Counted from the stretch's first letter, positions 36,949-48,533 are shown. The stretch is 64,000 nucleotides of DNA from a bacterium (GCA_022616075.1 JAKEFK010000211.1:14164-78163), one strand, 5' to 3'. Notes: generated by a model not told the origin, from the sequence alone. Program-made: numbers and translations.

Positions 36949-38807
36949 TGATTGTATCCAGAACAATTTCCCTTCTTCCTGTTCTTGCAATCTTTGTTCT
37001 ATTTCCTTTTTTTGAAGGTGGAAAGACTTCCACAGGGCTCTTTTGTTTTCATTCGATCACCTTATTTGGATTAGCGGCCGCTGCGCTATTCTATTCACGC
37101 ATTTGGGTATCCCGCTTCTTAATCTACTTCTTTCCTTTTCTCATCCTTCTCGTGATCAGCACGGTTTTTAGCCCGTACAAATACGCAGCATTTTTAAAAT
37201 TATGGGACTTCATAGCTGCCGCATCCTGGGCAACACTTCTTTCTACACTGATCCAAGAGGAGAAGGAGAGTTTTGAATCCTATTCTGTTCATATTTTTGT
37301 CGCCGGGGCAATCAGCACCATTGTGGCAATTCTCATACATTACCCGACGGATCCTGGCCGCGTCAGCGCTTCCTTTCTGAACCCTAATGAATATGGCACC
37401 TTCGGATTGATGCTGCTTTGCTTTGGGATTTTTTGTTTTGAACATGCCATTAGTCGCAGACGTAAGATTCTTGTCGCCACTTTGTTGAGCCTTCTGCTTC
37501 TGAGCGTTGCATTGACCTTTTCACGCGGAATCTTTGTTGCAAGCTTGTCGGTTGCTATCGTTGCGTTTTTTCATCAAAAACCGGGCAAAACGGTCAAAAC
37601 CTTCCTGATTTCCCTTCTGGTGATCAGCGGAATTCTCGTAGCCTTGAGATTTCGTTACCAGGACGATCCGTTGAAATACTACCGCTGGAAGATATGGAAA
37701 AGTTCTTTGAAGGGTGTCGCCGCAGACCCGTATTTTGGGATTGGACTAGGAATGTTGGAATACCGTGCTCGCATTTACAACTTTCCTACAGATGCGGAGG
37801 TCGGGCGTTATGGACGAATCGCACGATCCGCAGATAGCCAGTACGTTGAAATTCTCGCTGAAACAGGTTTCCTTGGACTTGTCTCGTTTCTATTCGGCTG
37901 GTTCAGTTTGTACTTTTCTTTACGAAAGATTTCGGCGCGATTTTTCTATCCCGGCCTTGCCTGGTTGATCATCACATTGACCTGTCTTTTTTCTGTTCCA
38001 TTGGAAAATACATCAGTCATCTATCTTCTGATGTTTTTGCTGGTATTCTGTCTTTCGGAAAACAAAAACGAATTCAAGCTCATCTCTTTTGAGCGGCCAG
38101 GGAGAATTCTGATACCACTAGGATGCTTTCTGGTATACGTTTTCGGAGTCTTCCTTCCCTTTCAGGCGGACAGGGAATTCTATCGTGCACTGAAATCAAG
38201 CACTCCGCAAGAAACGGACAAGCATCTTGCAAGTGCGGTCCAGTATAACCCTTATCAACCGTATTACAAGTTCGTTTTTATTCGCAAGATTGTCGATTCA
38301 AGACCGAATTTGGACACGCATAAATGGTTGAATCTTCTCAAACTGATAGAGGAAGCCATTCAACTGAACCCTCTCGAATATGAGTTCTATCTTTACAGGG
38401 CCCGGATATACAGGGTGCTGCTGGAAAAAGATTTGAATCTTGGCTTTTACTCGGGCGTGGTTTCTTCGTATCAAACTGCCCTGGATTGGAATCCACACAA
38501 TGTATTTCTGAGGCTTGAATATGCTTCCTTTTTGTATCGTTTCAACCGGCAAGGGCTTGCTGAAATAGAACTGAGAAAGACATTGGAAAGGGAGCCTGCA
38601 TTCCTGAATGCCCGCCTGTTTCTTGCGGAGGTTCTATTATCCAGGAATAGTTCAGAAGAAGCCCGGAAAGAGTATTTGGCATTTTTGAATTACAATAAAC
38701 GCTTCCGGAACGAGGCCGCCAATACCTCATCTTCTTATATACGTTCACTTCTGGAAGTGAACGAGCAAAAGAAAAAGAGAGTTGAAGATCTACTAAAAGC
38801 CGGTTAA
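36948..38807 (+). CDS. O-antigen-ligase-family membrane protein with C-terminal TPR (candidate pilin O-oligosaccharyltransferase)
   Basis: SFLNPNEYG, TFSRG, RWKIW...PYFGIGLG Wzy_C motifs; located directly after the pilins. Confidence 0.8.
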   Translation: MIVSRTISLLPVLAIFVLFPFFEGGKTSTGLFCFHSITLFGLAAAALFYSRIWVSRFLIYFFPFLILLVISTVFSPYKYAAFLKLWDFIAAASWATLLSTLIQEEKESFESYSVHIFVAGAISTIVAILIHYPTDPGRVSASFLNPNEYGTFGLMLLCFGIFCFEHAISRRRKILVATLLSLLLLSVALTFSRGIFVASLSVAIVAFFHQKPGKTVKTFLISLLVISGILVALRFRYQDDPLKYYRWKIWKSSLKGVAADPYFGIGLGMLEYRARIYNFPTDAEVGRYGRIARSADSQYVEILAETGFLGLVSFLFGWFSLYFSLRKISARFFYPGLAWLIITLTCLFSVPLENTSVIYLLMFLLVFCLSENKNEFKLISFERPGRILIPLGCFLVYVFGVFLPFQADREFYRALKSSTPQETDKHLASAVQYNPYQPYYKFVFIRKIVDSRPNLDTHKWLNLLKLIEEAIQLNPLEYEFYLYRARIYRVLLEKDLNLGFYSGVVSSYQTALDWNPHNVFLRLEYASFLYRFNRQGLAEIELRKTLEREPAFLNARLFLAEVLLSRNSSEEARKEYLAFLNYNKRFRNEAANTSSSYIRSLLEVNEQKKKRVEDLLKAG

Positions 38808-38831
38808 TCGGCAAATGAACCGCGCAACATT

Positions 38832-41354
38832 ATGCAGCTTTCCACAGCTCTGATTTACTTATTCTTCTTCAGCTCCGGTTTTGCCGCCCTCCTGTATCAA
38901 GTTGTCTGGCTGAAGTATTTGAACCTGCTCTTTGGCAGTACGACCTATGCAACCGCCGCTGTCGTGGCAGCTTTCATGTTCGGACTCTCTTTTGGAAGCA
39001 GGATTTCCACGAAATTTCCACGGCTCTACATAACATCCTTGAAAACCTACGGGCTGATAGAAATTGGAATCGGACTGTTTGCCATTTCATTTCCATACAT
39101 GTATTCCGGATTCAAGATTCCCTTCGCATGGATTTTCAATCTTGTTGGCCCACAAACATTTATATACAATCTGGTGACCTTCGCTCTCGCTTTTCTGGTG
39201 TTATTGATTCCGACTTCATTGATGGGAGCGACTCTGCCGTTGCTCAGTCATCATTTGATATCCGAAAAAAATGTGACGACCGGAAGCGGTTTACTCTATG
39301 CAGTCAACACCACAGGCGCGGTTTTCGGAATTTTAGTTTCTGCATTCATCCTGATTCCCAATCTTGGACTCCAGGCAACCGTTCATGTTGGCGTTATGTT
39401 GAACGTGATAGTGGGCCTGGTTTGTTATCTCGCTGGGAAAACGCGCGGTCATGGAGTCGTACAGGTGGCGCCAAATTCAAAGGAGAAAAATCGACTGCTC
39501 TGGCTATATGGGATTTCCGGATTGCTGGCAATCGGCTATGAAGTGTTATGGACACGGTTGCTGGTTCTGCATCTGGGAAGCAGCGTCTATGCATATGCAA
39601 TCATGCTTGCTGTTTTCCTAATCGGGATCAGCTCAGGTAGCTTTGTATCCGGAAAATGGCTGGCGTCGAGCGCCAGATCGCCTGTATCGCATTTTGCCAT
39701 CATTCAAACAGCCTGGGCCTTCTCCATTCTTTTACAGATGGTGCAGTTTGCAAATCTCCCCAATACTCTTCTGAGACTTGCTCAGCCTTTTGGAGGGTTA
39801 ACCGTCACAACGCAGTTCACCATCCTGTTTATCGCGGCGGTACAACTGCTGTTCTTGCCGACATTTCTATCCGGAGCTTTGTTTCCTCTTGTGGTCACTT
39901 GGATGTGGAAACAAGGAAAGACGATCCAGGAAGCGGTTGGACTTAGCTATAGCTACAACACAATAGGGGGTATCTTTGGTTCCATTCTTGCAGGATTTGT
40001 ATTACTCCCTTTGTTCGGCACTCAGCTTTCTCTTCTGGTTTTGGCGGGAGGAAATCTTCTCCTGGGATTCATTGCGATCTTTCTGTATTCCGGAGAAATC
40101 AGGATCGCCGGCCACCACAAGTGGCTCGCCACAGCAGCTCTGATTCTGTTTCTCGCCATTTCGATAACTTTGCAAAGTCGCTTGAATGTTATCAGGAGCG
40201 CGGGCATTTTTCACTCCGATACAACTCCTGAACTCTTGCATGTGGAAGAGGATCCTACAGCCACGATAACAGTGGAAACGCGAATCCATTTGGGAACACG
40301 TTACCGTTCTCTATCCGTGAACGGCGTAAATGTGGCCGGAACTTCTCCCAACCTGATCACAATTCAAAAAATGCAGGCTCATGTTCCGATCATTTTATTC
40401 GGACCGTCAAAAAAGAAAGAGATCTTACATATCGGATTTGGGAGTGGCGGGACGGCTTATTCGGCGTCTCTTTACCCAAACAGCAAGATCACTGTTGTTG
40501 AGATTTCACCGGGTGTCGTTCGCAATGCGGACAACTACTTCGAGTCGGTAAATCATCGTGTAGCCAGATCCGGCCGATTGAATGTGATTTACTTCGATGG
40601 GCGAAGCTATCTGCAAAACACTACCAAAACCTATGATGTGATTCTTTCAGATTCCATCCATCCTCGCTATTCCGGCAACGGTTCTTTATACACAAAAGAT
40701 TATTATGAGCTCGTCTACCAACAACTGAATCCGGGCGGAGTGCATTCTCAATGGATTCCGATCTATTCGGTTGCGCAACAAAATCTGCAGGAGATTCTGA
40801 AGGCCTTTTCCGATGTCTTTGAAGATTCCTGCGTCTGGTATGTGAATTCCACAATCAATCCTTACATCATCGTTACAGGCCGGAAACAAGCCCGCGGGAT
40901 TTCTATCGCAGATATTCAAGATGCTTTCGGCATCCCTTCCGTCTCTCAGGATTTGAGAAGTGTCACCTTATTTAATGAATTGTATTTCCTGGATCATTTC
41001 CTGTTTGGAATGAAGGGATTGAAGCTTTATACGGGCGACGCCGAGCCTCACATAGATGATCGCCTGTCCGTTGAGTATGAAAGTTCACGCATTGTTAATA
41101 GACAACTTTCCTGGTGGTTCAATTTCCGCGATTTATTGAAAGCCAGGGAGCCTGTCTATGCCTATCTCTCTTCCCCCGATCTCCTGAACCATGTAAACTA
41201 TGAGCGCTTTTATCAGGCTACTGAAGCAAATCTGGTTGGCCAGTTATACTTTGTCGGCGGTAAGCCTGCAGAAGCCAGAAAGGCGTTTGCGGATGCCATA
41301 CAGAAAAATGGGATAGACCGGGAGCCTGTTGAATATTATCAGAAACAGTTCTAA
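38832..41354 (+). CDS. Fused MFS-like membrane domain / spermidine-synthase-like SAM-binding protein
   Basis: SGFAALLYQVVW, LYAVNTTGA repeats; IGFGSGGT, VVEIS, DGRSYL, YDVILSD. Confidence 0.88.
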   Translation: MQLSTALIYLFFFSSGFAALLYQVVWLKYLNLLFGSTTYATAAVVAAFMFGLSFGSRISTKFPRLYITSLKTYGLIEIGIGLFAISFPYMYSGFKIPFAWIFNLVGPQTFIYNLVTFALAFLVLLIPTSLMGATLPLLSHHLISEKNVTTGSGLLYAVNTTGAVFGILVSAFILIPNLGLQATVHVGVMLNVIVGLVCYLAGKTRGHGVVQVAPNSKEKNRLLWLYGISGLLAIGYEVLWTRLLVLHLGSSVYAYAIMLAVFLIGISSGSFVSGKWLASSARSPVSHFAIIQTAWAFSILLQMVQFANLPNTLLRLAQPFGGLTVTTQFTILFIAAVQLLFLPTFLSGALFPLVVTWMWKQGKTIQEAVGLSYSYNTIGGIFGSILAGFVLLPLFGTQLSLLVLAGGNLLLGFIAIFLYSGEIRIAGHHKWLATAALILFLAISITLQSRLNVIRSAGIFHSDTTPELLHVEEDPTATITVETRIHLGTRYRSLSVNGVNVAGTSPNLITIQKMQAHVPIILFGPSKKKEILHIGFGSGGTAYSASLYPNSKITVVEISPGVVRNADNYFESVNHRVARSGRLNVIYFDGRSYLQNTTKTYDVILSDSIHPRYSGNGSLYTKDYYELVYQQLNPGGVHSQWIPIYSVAQQNLQEILKAFSDVFEDSCVWYVNSTINPYIIVTGRKQARGISIADIQDAFGIPSVSQDLRSVTLFNELYFLDHFLFGMKGLKLYTGDAEPHIDDRLSVEYESSRIVNRQLSWWFNFRDLLKAREPVYAYLSSPDLLNHVNYERFYQATEANLVGQLYFVGGKPAEARKAFADAIQKNGIDREPVEYYQKQF

Positions 41355-41376
41355 TCTCCGGTCAAATGAACCGCAT

Positions 41377-42114
41377 ATGGATCGTCCGGACAAGGTTGCC
41401 AGCACGCTCTCGCTTGTGATTCCCGCGTACAATGAAGAAAAGCGTCTGGACTCTCATGGTCACGCTTTCGAATATATTAGAAGTATCTTCCGAACCGTAG
41501 AAATCCTCTACGTAGACGATGGCAGCACAGATGGAACGTTTCTTCGGCTGCTTGACTATGAGAAGCAAAATCCGCATGTAAGGATTTTGCGGCACGAACG
41601 GAATCTTGGGAAAGGCAGAGCTGTACGGACAGGGATGGAGGCAGCAACGGGAGATCTGGTGCTTTTCTCCGATGTTGATTTTTCAACGCCGATCGAAGAA
41701 GTTCAAAAATTGCTTCACTGTATTCACAATGGTTTTGATGTTGCGTTTGGCAGCAGGGGCGTTCCTGGTTCGAATGTAGAGATTCGCCAATCCTTATTGC
41801 GCCAGGTAACGGGAAAGATTGGAAATGCGATTGTTCAAAGCCTCTTGCTTCTTCCTTATACAGATACTCAATGCGGATTTAAACTGTACAAGGCGGAAGC
41901 GCTTAAAATAATTCTACCCAGACTCACCGTGGATGGGTTTGCGTTTGATATGGAAATGCTTGCTGTCGCCCTTGCTCATGGTTTGAAAGTAGCGGAAGTT
42001 CCCGTGACGTGGAGGAATGTTTTAGACAGCAGAGTGCGAGCCATCCACAACCTGGAAGTATTACAAGATGTTCTCAGGATCCGTTACCGGATGGCAATGG
42101 GTTACTATTCCTGA
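41377..42114 (+). CDS. GT2 polyprenyl-phosphate glycosyltransferase (Dol-P-Glc/Man synthase-like)
   Basis: VIPAYNEE, VDDGSTD, NLGKGRAV, FSDVD, DTQCGFKLY, GFAFDME. Confidence 0.9.
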   Translation: MDRPDKVASTLSLVIPAYNEEKRLDSHGHAFEYIRSIFRTVEILYVDDGSTDGTFLRLLDYEKQNPHVRILRHERNLGKGRAVRTGMEAATGDLVLFSDVDFSTPIEEVQKLLHCIHNGFDVAFGSRGVPGSNVEIRQSLLRQVTGKIGNAIVQSLLLLPYTDTQCGFKLYKAEALKIILPRLTVDGFAFDMEMLAVALAHGLKVAEVPVTWRNVLDSRVRAIHNLEVLQDVLRIRYRMAMGYYS

Positions 42115-42121
42115 CACGTAT

Positions 42122-44371
42122 ATGAGCCGGCGCGGCCAGATGCTCCTTGTTGGAATCTCCAGCATTTTGATTCACTCTTTTGTTCTTTCTCAGATTCAGT
42201 CCATCCCATTCGTAAAATACTGGCATGCTGCTGAGCTTTTCCTTCAAAACAAATTGATTGGCGAAAGGATCCTGGATTTCAGCCCTCTGTATTTGTATTT
42301 CCATGTGCTTCTGGTCAAGCTCAAGGTGCCACAGGCTTTCCTCTTGTGGATTCAGATCTTTTGTGTTGCAGCATCAGCTGCTCTCCTGTATCAACTCTTA
42401 TGTCGATACGTCCGCACCACTATTGCAGTCGCGGGAATAGGCGCTTTCATTCTGGATCGCAGTTTAATGGTTTACACACACACTTCCGAGCCGGAACCGG
42501 TTGTTCTGCTCTGGATCGTTGCAGCAACTTATCTCATTTCTCTTCAGACCGCCAGAGCAGCACTGTGGGGCGGACTCTGTTTCGGAATGGGCATTCTTAC
42601 CAGACCAAATTTTGTTCCTGTGCTTCTTGCTGTTCCCTTTTTCTACAAAGTAAACTCCATCGACACAAGCTGGCGCAAAAAAACTCTCCTTTTTTTTGTG
42701 TCTTCGCTTTGCTGCCTTGTTGGTCTCTGGATTCGTAACGCGGCAGTCGTTGGATACTTCTCCCCGTTTGTTATGAACCCGGGAACCGCGCTGTATGAAG
42801 GAAATAACCCAAATTCCTGGGGAATGAGCTCGGTTTATCCACCCGTTTTGAACCAGCTGTCCGATCAATACGCGCGCCAACCTGATTATCACCATCAGCT
42901 ATACCGTGATTTCGCAAGGCGCATCACCGGCAGAGATCTTACTTTACCTGAAGTAAACTCTTACTGGACCAGCAAGTCTATCCATTTCCTGATAGACCAT
43001 CCCTCACGAACAATTTCCTTGCTTGCAACGAAAATCTTACATTTTTTTCATGCTTTTCAATGGCACGATCTCGCGAACGCTTATTTAGCAGAAATAGAAA
43101 TCAAGCGAACATGGGTACTCGCAACTCCCTTTGCATTCGTGTCCGCTCTCGCGTTACTCGGGATGATCGTTTTGAGCGCACAATGGAAACGATATCTCAT
43201 TTTTTATGCGGTATTTTTTAGCCAGTTCTTCTTTATGCTTTCCATCTACGTATCGGCGCGGCAGAGAATCTCCATCCTCTTTCTATTCATTCTCTTTGCC
43301 TGCGGAATGCTTGAATCTATCATTGCAAAGAAAAAGCTGTGGCTTGTGATTCCAGCGGCACTGCTTTTCCTGCCTTTATCCTTACCTACCGATTTGATGA
43401 GAGAAGAGAAGCATCTATGGGACAACATTAGACAATCCAATCGCCGGTTGGTTGACGCTTACAGTTTACGCAATCAAGGGAAACTCCTGGACGCCGCGCG
43501 GAGTTCGTCGCTTGCGCTTGCTATAGCTCCGTGGTTTTTGGATTCGCGACGGCCCGCGAATCTTCCATTCGGAGAGAATGGCTACGAACAAACAGCCTTG
43601 ACCTTTTCCCGCCAAGACGATCCTGCCCTGCTCATGGATAAAGCTGTATTGCTGATTGAAGCGAACAAAATCGGTGATGCCAGAAAGATTCTTAACGAAC
43701 TTTACAGGGCGGGTTACCGGCTCAAAAGAGACGATTATCAATCCTCCGAGTTACGCTTTTATATTGCCAGATGCGAGATCAAGAATAATCAACGCCGGCA
43801 AGCCATAACAACATTGCTGGAAGCCATTCAGAATTCGCCGGGAGATCCTTCCTCACTCGCCTATCTTGCCGCTTTAACGGGACAGAACAAATACAAACAG
43901 CAATTATTACGATATTTTGATGACATCGATGCTGCATTTTTTCTCGGGAAGGCATATCTTGAGACTTCGAATCCGGCCGCTGCAGTTCAGCAATTCCGCT
44001 ATGTGACAGCGATGCTTCCGGAATTTCGGAAAGGATTTATTTACCTGGCTGCGGCATTAAGTGAGTCAGGAGAATACTCCGAAGCAGCAAAACACTACAG
44101 AAGAGCGATGTCTGTGCGCGCGGATCCTGTATTCATGGAAAAAGAGATTCTCAAACTGTTTGGAGAGCTTGCGCGACAAGAGCAGTCCGCGATTTCCTAT
44201 TACTCTTACGGGTTTGTCTTGCGACAGTTTGGACATTTTCGAGAAGCGCTGGAGATGCAACAAAAAGCAATCACATTGGGTCAGGCCAATCAAAGCATCC
44301 AGGAAGAGATACGTAACCTCCAGAAAGTCATCGCAACCATTGAGAATAAAGCTGCAAATACTGCGCGGTGA
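42122..44371 (+). CDS. GT-C (ArnT/PMT, GT39-like) membrane glycosyltransferase with C-terminal TPRs
   Basis: Multi-TM N-terminus, SPLY, LTRPN, LWIRN, LYEGNNP; TPR tail. Start at ATG 42122. Confidence 0.78.
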   Translation: MSRRGQMLLVGISSILIHSFVLSQIQSIPFVKYWHAAELFLQNKLIGERILDFSPLYLYFHVLLVKLKVPQAFLLWIQIFCVAASAALLYQLLCRYVRTTIAVAGIGAFILDRSLMVYTHTSEPEPVVLLWIVAATYLISLQTARAALWGGLCFGMGILTRPNFVPVLLAVPFFYKVNSIDTSWRKKTLLFFVSSLCCLVGLWIRNAAVVGYFSPFVMNPGTALYEGNNPNSWGMSSVYPPVLNQLSDQYARQPDYHHQLYRDFARRITGRDLTLPEVNSYWTSKSIHFLIDHPSRTISLLATKILHFFHAFQWHDLANAYLAEIEIKRTWVLATPFAFVSALALLGMIVLSAQWKRYLIFYAVFFSQFFFMLSIYVSARQRISILFLFILFACGMLESIIAKKKLWLVIPAALLFLPLSLPTDLMREEKHLWDNIRQSNRRLVDAYSLRNQGKLLDAARSSSLALAIAPWFLDSRRPANLPFGENGYEQTALTFSRQDDPALLMDKAVLLIEANKIGDARKILNELYRAGYRLKRDDYQSSELRFYIARCEIKNNQRRQAITTLLEAIQNSPGDPSSLAYLAALTGQNKYKQQLLRYFDDIDAAFFLGKAYLETSNPAAAVQQFRYVTAMLPEFRKGFIYLAAALSESGEYSEAAKHYRRAMSVRADPVFMEKEILKLFGELARQEQSAISYYSYGFVLRQFGHFREALEMQQKAITLGQANQSIQEEIRNLQKVIATIENKAANTAR

Positions 44372-45542
44372 CTTGCGACCGGTCATACTTGTCACGCACA
44401 GTCTGCATCGCACTCATGCTCCATCGCATCCGGTCCGCCCGCGAATCCGCAGCCCTGCGCAATGCTTTACTCAAAGGTTCAATCGCCGCAGTTTCCACAA
44501 GCAGGCCCTGTTGATCCTGTTGGAGCAAATCGACCACTCCGCCGATTTCAGTTGCGATGCACGGAAGGCCGCAGCTCATAGCTTCCAGCAAAACATTCGG
44601 AAACCCTTCTTTTATGGAAGGGAGTACAAACACATTTGCTGCCTGATAGTAATCCAGGGGCTTTAGAGTGCTGCCATGAAATTGAATGTTAGGCAGCCCC
44701 TGACTCTCAGCCTGTTTTTTCAGACGCTCCTCTTCAGATCCCGAACCCACGATCCACAAAATCCCGCAAGGATCCATTCTCCACGCTTCCAGGAGGTAAT
44801 CGACTCCTTTTCGTTTTTCAAGTCTTCCCAAAAAAAGAAAAACGACCTGATTTGAGGGAATGGAGAATCGTTTCCTGAGAACTTCTCTCCTTTCGGGCGA
44901 GGCTTTCGTAAATTTCACACTGTTCACAAAATTGGGGACGCAATGAATTTTGCTTTCGGGAACATTACAGGACGCAAGCTCCTCCTTCAGTTCCCTGCTG
45001 ATTACGATCCAATGATCAATCCTTTTCAACCATCGTTTATAAAAACGATGCTTCAACGAGGATTTCGAAACAATTGTGTTCAAATCATCGCGCGTTGCGG
45101 GCTTTAAACACACTGGCCGGCCCAGAAGCGCAGCCAATCTCGCAGCGATCAACGAAAAACCCGTGACACCGTGTGCATGAAGCATGTCAAAGCGTTTTCT
45201 CTTCGCAAATAGAAACAAAGCCAGTCGAAAAAACAGGGTTATGCCTGAGCCTTCCAAACGATGAACAAGAAAACCGTTTCGAAATTCGCGTTTAGGGAAA
45301 CTTCCGGCGGGATGGCTCACGATGCTCACAAGATTTCCTGTTTCTGTTAAAGACTGGGAAAGCTCAAGCGCCTGGCGCTCGTATCCACCTACTCGATCGA
45401 CGGAAGGGACCACCATCATTAGAGCAAAACATTTTTGAGTGACCGGTGTTGCGGGTGATAAGTCTTTCAAGAAAAGAATTTTGTATAGCCTGAAAACTTT
45501 CTGAATTTTTTGCCCGAAGGAGGTGGGTTGATAGTAGTCCAT
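44328..45542 (-). CDS. GT4-family glycosyltransferase
   Basis: GGYERQ, GRLEKRKG, EGFPNVLLEAMSCG (EX7E). Confidence 0.9.
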   Translation of the reverse strand: MDYYQPTSFGQKIQKVFRLYKILFLKDLSPATPVTQKCFALMMVVPSVDRVGGYERQALELSQSLTETGNLVSIVSHPAGSFPKREFRNGFLVHRLEGSGITLFFRLALFLFAKRKRFDMLHAHGVTGFSLIAARLAALLGRPVCLKPATRDDLNTIVSKSSLKHRFYKRWLKRIDHWIVISRELKEELASCNVPESKIHCVPNFVNSVKFTKASPERREVLRKRFSIPSNQVVFLFLGRLEKRKGVDYLLEAWRMDPCGILWIVGSGSEEERLKKQAESQGLPNIQFHGSTLKPLDYYQAANVFVLPSIKEGFPNVLLEAMSCGLPCIATEIGGVVDLLQQDQQGLLVETAAIEPLSKALRRAADSRADRMRWSMSAMQTVRDKYDRSQVTAQYLQLYSQWLR

Positions 45543-45556
45543 CCCTTTTCACTGAC

Positions 45557-46489
45557 TTATAACTGCGATAGATACCAGCGGATCGTTTTTGTGATCCCAT
45601 CGCGGAAGGAGGTTTTGGAGCGCCAGCCGAATTCTTCAAATGCCCGGCTTGTATCTAAACAACGCCGCGGTTGCCCATCCGGTTTGGTATCATCCCATTG
45701 CACCGATCCTTCAAAGCCAACTGCTTCCTTAATCAAATCAACCAGCTCCCGAATGCTGATTTCTCCGCCTGAACCCAGATTGACCGGTTCAGTTTTCGAA
45801 TAGGCCTCTGTAGCAGCAATGATTCCTTGAGCGGCATCTTCAACATACAGGAATTCGCGTGTTGCTCTTCCTGTTCCCCAGACGGTGACACTCGGCAAGG
45901 ATTGAGTTTTGGCCTCTGCGCATTTACGAATCAAAGCGGGAATTACATGGGAAGTTTCGAGATCAAAATTGTCACGAGGCCCATAGAGATTTACGGGAAT
46001 TAGATAAATGCCGGGAAATTCGAATTCCCGCCGGTAAGCTTGCAGCTGAACCAAAAGCATCTTTTTCGCCAGACCATAGGGAGCATTGGTCTCTTCGGGA
46101 TAGCCGGCCCATAAATTTTGTTCCTGGAACGGAACCGGCGTGAATTTGGGATAGGAACAGACCGTGCCGATGCAAACCATCTTTTCGACCTGATACCGGC
46201 GCGCATATTCAATGATTTGAATTCCCATAATCGCACTATCGTAAAAAAACCGAGCCGGGTGCGCGCGATTCGCGCCAATGCCTCCCACCACACCTGCAAG
46301 ATGAATTAACACATCCGGTTTGGCATCTTCAAATAATCGAATTAAGGAACTCGCTTCTCGGAGGTCGTACTCTTTGCTGCGTGGCACGAAAACATTTGCA
46401 CAGCCTTTTTTTTGAAGCTGTTCCACTACAAAAGACCCAAGAAAACCTCCCCCACCTGTGACAGTTACCCGCTTGCCAGCCAGGTTCAT
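45557..46489 (-). CDS. fcl: GDP-L-fucose synthase
   Basis: [47 protein letters not shown]...REFLYV. Confidence 0.93.
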   Translation of the reverse strand: MNLAGKRVTVTGGGGFLGSFVVEQLQKKGCANVFVPRSKEYDLREASSLIRLFEDAKPDVLIHLAGVVGGIGANRAHPARFFYDSAIMGIQIIEYARRYQVEKMVCIGTVCSYPKFTPVPFQEQNLWAGYPEETNAPYGLAKKMLLVQLQAYRREFEFPGIYLIPVNLYGPRDNFDLETSHVIPALIRKCAEAKTQSLPSVTVWGTGRATREFLYVEDAAQGIIAATEAYSKTEPVNLGSGGEISIRELVDLIKEAVGFEGSVQWDDTKPDGQPRRCLDTSRAFEEFGWRSKTSFRDGITKTIRWYLSQL

Positions 46490-46511
46490 GGCATTATTAT
46501 ATCTGCAATTC

Positions 46512-48533
46512 TCATCGACCACTTCTGGAATCAAGAACTGAAACTGCTTGCTGAAGGTATTCTTTCGATTTCAGGAACGCCTCGTGAAGCCGGTCCATTT
46601 CGTGATGCAATCGCTCCTTGCTGTTTTGGCGAAGCGCACGATTCAATCCAGGTAATTCAATTCCCGCGCATTCATTGTCAGGGGAGGGTCCCGCAACAAC
46701 ATTCCTGTAACGGAAAGGAACCGTTGTTTTACCTGGCTCTTCCGTAAAACTCAAACTCGCCTGGAGCAAAAAAGTGTTCATTCTTTTTCGATTCTCGGCG
46801 GAAATCCTGCGGATATCATCTGTCTCCAATTTTGCGCCAAGTGCGCCAACTTCTTTCACTGTTGCAATCAATTCGTTGATTTGTGCGGTCTGTTCCTTTC
46901 CTTGCATATTTTCCAGAAGTACCTTGGATAGTTGTTTCTCATAGTGAGTTGCAAATTCTGAAAAACGGAAGGGAAGGCGATCTTCATTGGTCAGCCTGAT
47001 TGCATACAAAGCTAAGATACGTGAAAGATTGGCTGCGTAAGAATATCCAGGATCGCCGAATCGTTCCATCCACGTAAGGTTGTCGTAGATCGAATGGTAC
47101 ATCGGATAGTGGATTCCGTAATTGAGCTGTCCCAGTGGCACTCCTGCCAGATTAGAAAAAGGTATGGTGTCATCGCTGAAACCCGGCATGTCGTACTGTG
47201 TATGGAATTCGAGAACCGATTTCCCTGTATTGGGATCCGTGCAGTATTTCAAGACGTCGTCCAGCAATCCGCGGAGCCCGGGAAGAAGAGTTGCCGAAAA
47301 AACCGGTCCGCGAACGGAGTCCACAAAAAGCAGATTGGCAATTCCACCGCGGGCTTGTGGCAAGTGATGGTGAACCCAATTTGTAGAGCCGATCATTCCA
47401 TATTCTTCGGCATCCCAAAAAGCGAACAGGATGTCCCGTTTTGGTTTCCAGCCGTTCTTTCGCAACTGCAACAACGCTTTCGCCGTTTCGAGCACCGCGG
47501 CCGTACCGGACCCAGGGTCAGAGGCGCCATAGATCCATGCATCATAATGACAACTCACCATCAGCGCTGGTTCTAACGTATTAGTACCTTCTATCCTTCC
47601 GAAAATATTCCGTATCTTTTTCGATTCACGGCGGCTTTGATACTGAATTCTCACACGAGCCGGTCCGGGCCCGATCGGGTAGGAATTGGACAACCAGCCT
47701 TTCCAGGCAGAGTTCGAGATTCCGTCCAGTCTTTGAAAAAGAAGCTCCGCCGCCTCGGTCGTAACCGGCAGTGCCGCTACAGTCGGTAATGTTGGTTCTC
47801 TTTCATCTTTTACTGCCGTAAATGGGTCGCCTGGATATACAAAGAATTTGAGCATGGAACCTCGCTGAGCTACCAGCGAATGAAGGCCGGGGCCACCCGG
47901 ATAGGGTTGTTTTCTAAAACCGTGATCTTTCGGTTCCGGAAATAACAAAAGCCCTGATAATCCCTCTTCCTCCGCAATCATCTGTTTCATCCCACGGCAG
48001 CTCCCCTGCGCCCGCACAAGCGCAATCTTCCCGGCAACAGAAATGCCTTGTTGTTTCAGATATTCATAATCCGCTCGGTCTCCGTAGTTTGCGTAGATAA
48101 TTTCTCCTTCGATATCGCTGTCCGGAATGTAAGCAAAATACGGCTTTTCCTGACCTGAAAGTGTTGTATAGGGGTCTTGCTGAAAAACCTTTTCCGAATA
48201 CGGAATTTCCTGCGCGTCTGGAGCAGTCAGGAAAAGGGAACCGCTTCCTGGTTCCGGGAGTTCAACGGAATATTCGGTGGTTGAAACTGTAGCGCCACTC
48301 GATTGCAACTCTTTCATTATCCTATGGCCTACTGCGTGATTTTCAGGTGTGCCGGCCCGATGCGGTTTTGCCGCAAAAACCTTCATATTTGCTGCAATAC
48401 TCTCACGAATGATCAGGTCTTCGAGATCATTCGCGTAGTTATCCAGAGCATTGCTTTTCCGGAAAAAAAAGAAGTAGACGCAGGCAGAGATCACGCAGAG
48501 AATCAGGAAGGAAAGAATTCTGGATCGCGTCAC
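46512..48533 (-). CDS. M28-family peptidase (glutamate carboxypeptidase II / transferrin-receptor-like)
   Basis: PA domain YANYG; [26 protein letters not shown]. Confidence 0.9.
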   Translation of the reverse strand: MTRSRILSFLILCVISACVYFFFFRKSNALDNYANDLEDLIIRESIAANMKVFAAKPHRAGTPENHAVGHRIMKELQSSGATVSTTEYSVELPEPGSGSLFLTAPDAQEIPYSEKVFQQDPYTTLSGQEKPYFAYIPDSDIEGEIIYANYGDRADYEYLKQQGISVAGKIALVRAQGSCRGMKQMIAEEEGLSGLLLFPEPKDHGFRKQPYPGGPGLHSLVAQRGSMLKFFVYPGDPFTAVKDEREPTLPTVAALPVTTEAAELLFQRLDGISNSAWKGWLSNSYPIGPGPARVRIQYQSRRESKKIRNIFGRIEGTNTLEPALMVSCHYDAWIYGASDPGSGTAAVLETAKALLQLRKNGWKPKRDILFAFWDAEEYGMIGSTNWVHHHLPQARGGIANLLFVDSVRGPVFSATLLPGLRGLLDDVLKYCTDPNTGKSVLEFHTQYDMPGFSDDTIPFSNLAGVPLGQLNYGIHYPMYHSIYDNLTWMERFGDPGYSYAANLSRILALYAIRLTNEDRLPFRFSEFATHYEKQLSKVLLENMQGKEQTAQINELIATVKEVGALGAKLETDDIRRISAENRKRMNTFLLQASLSFTEEPGKTTVPFRYRNVVAGPSPDNECAGIELPGLNRALRQNSKERLHHEMDRLHEAFLKSKEYLQQAVSVLDSRSGR

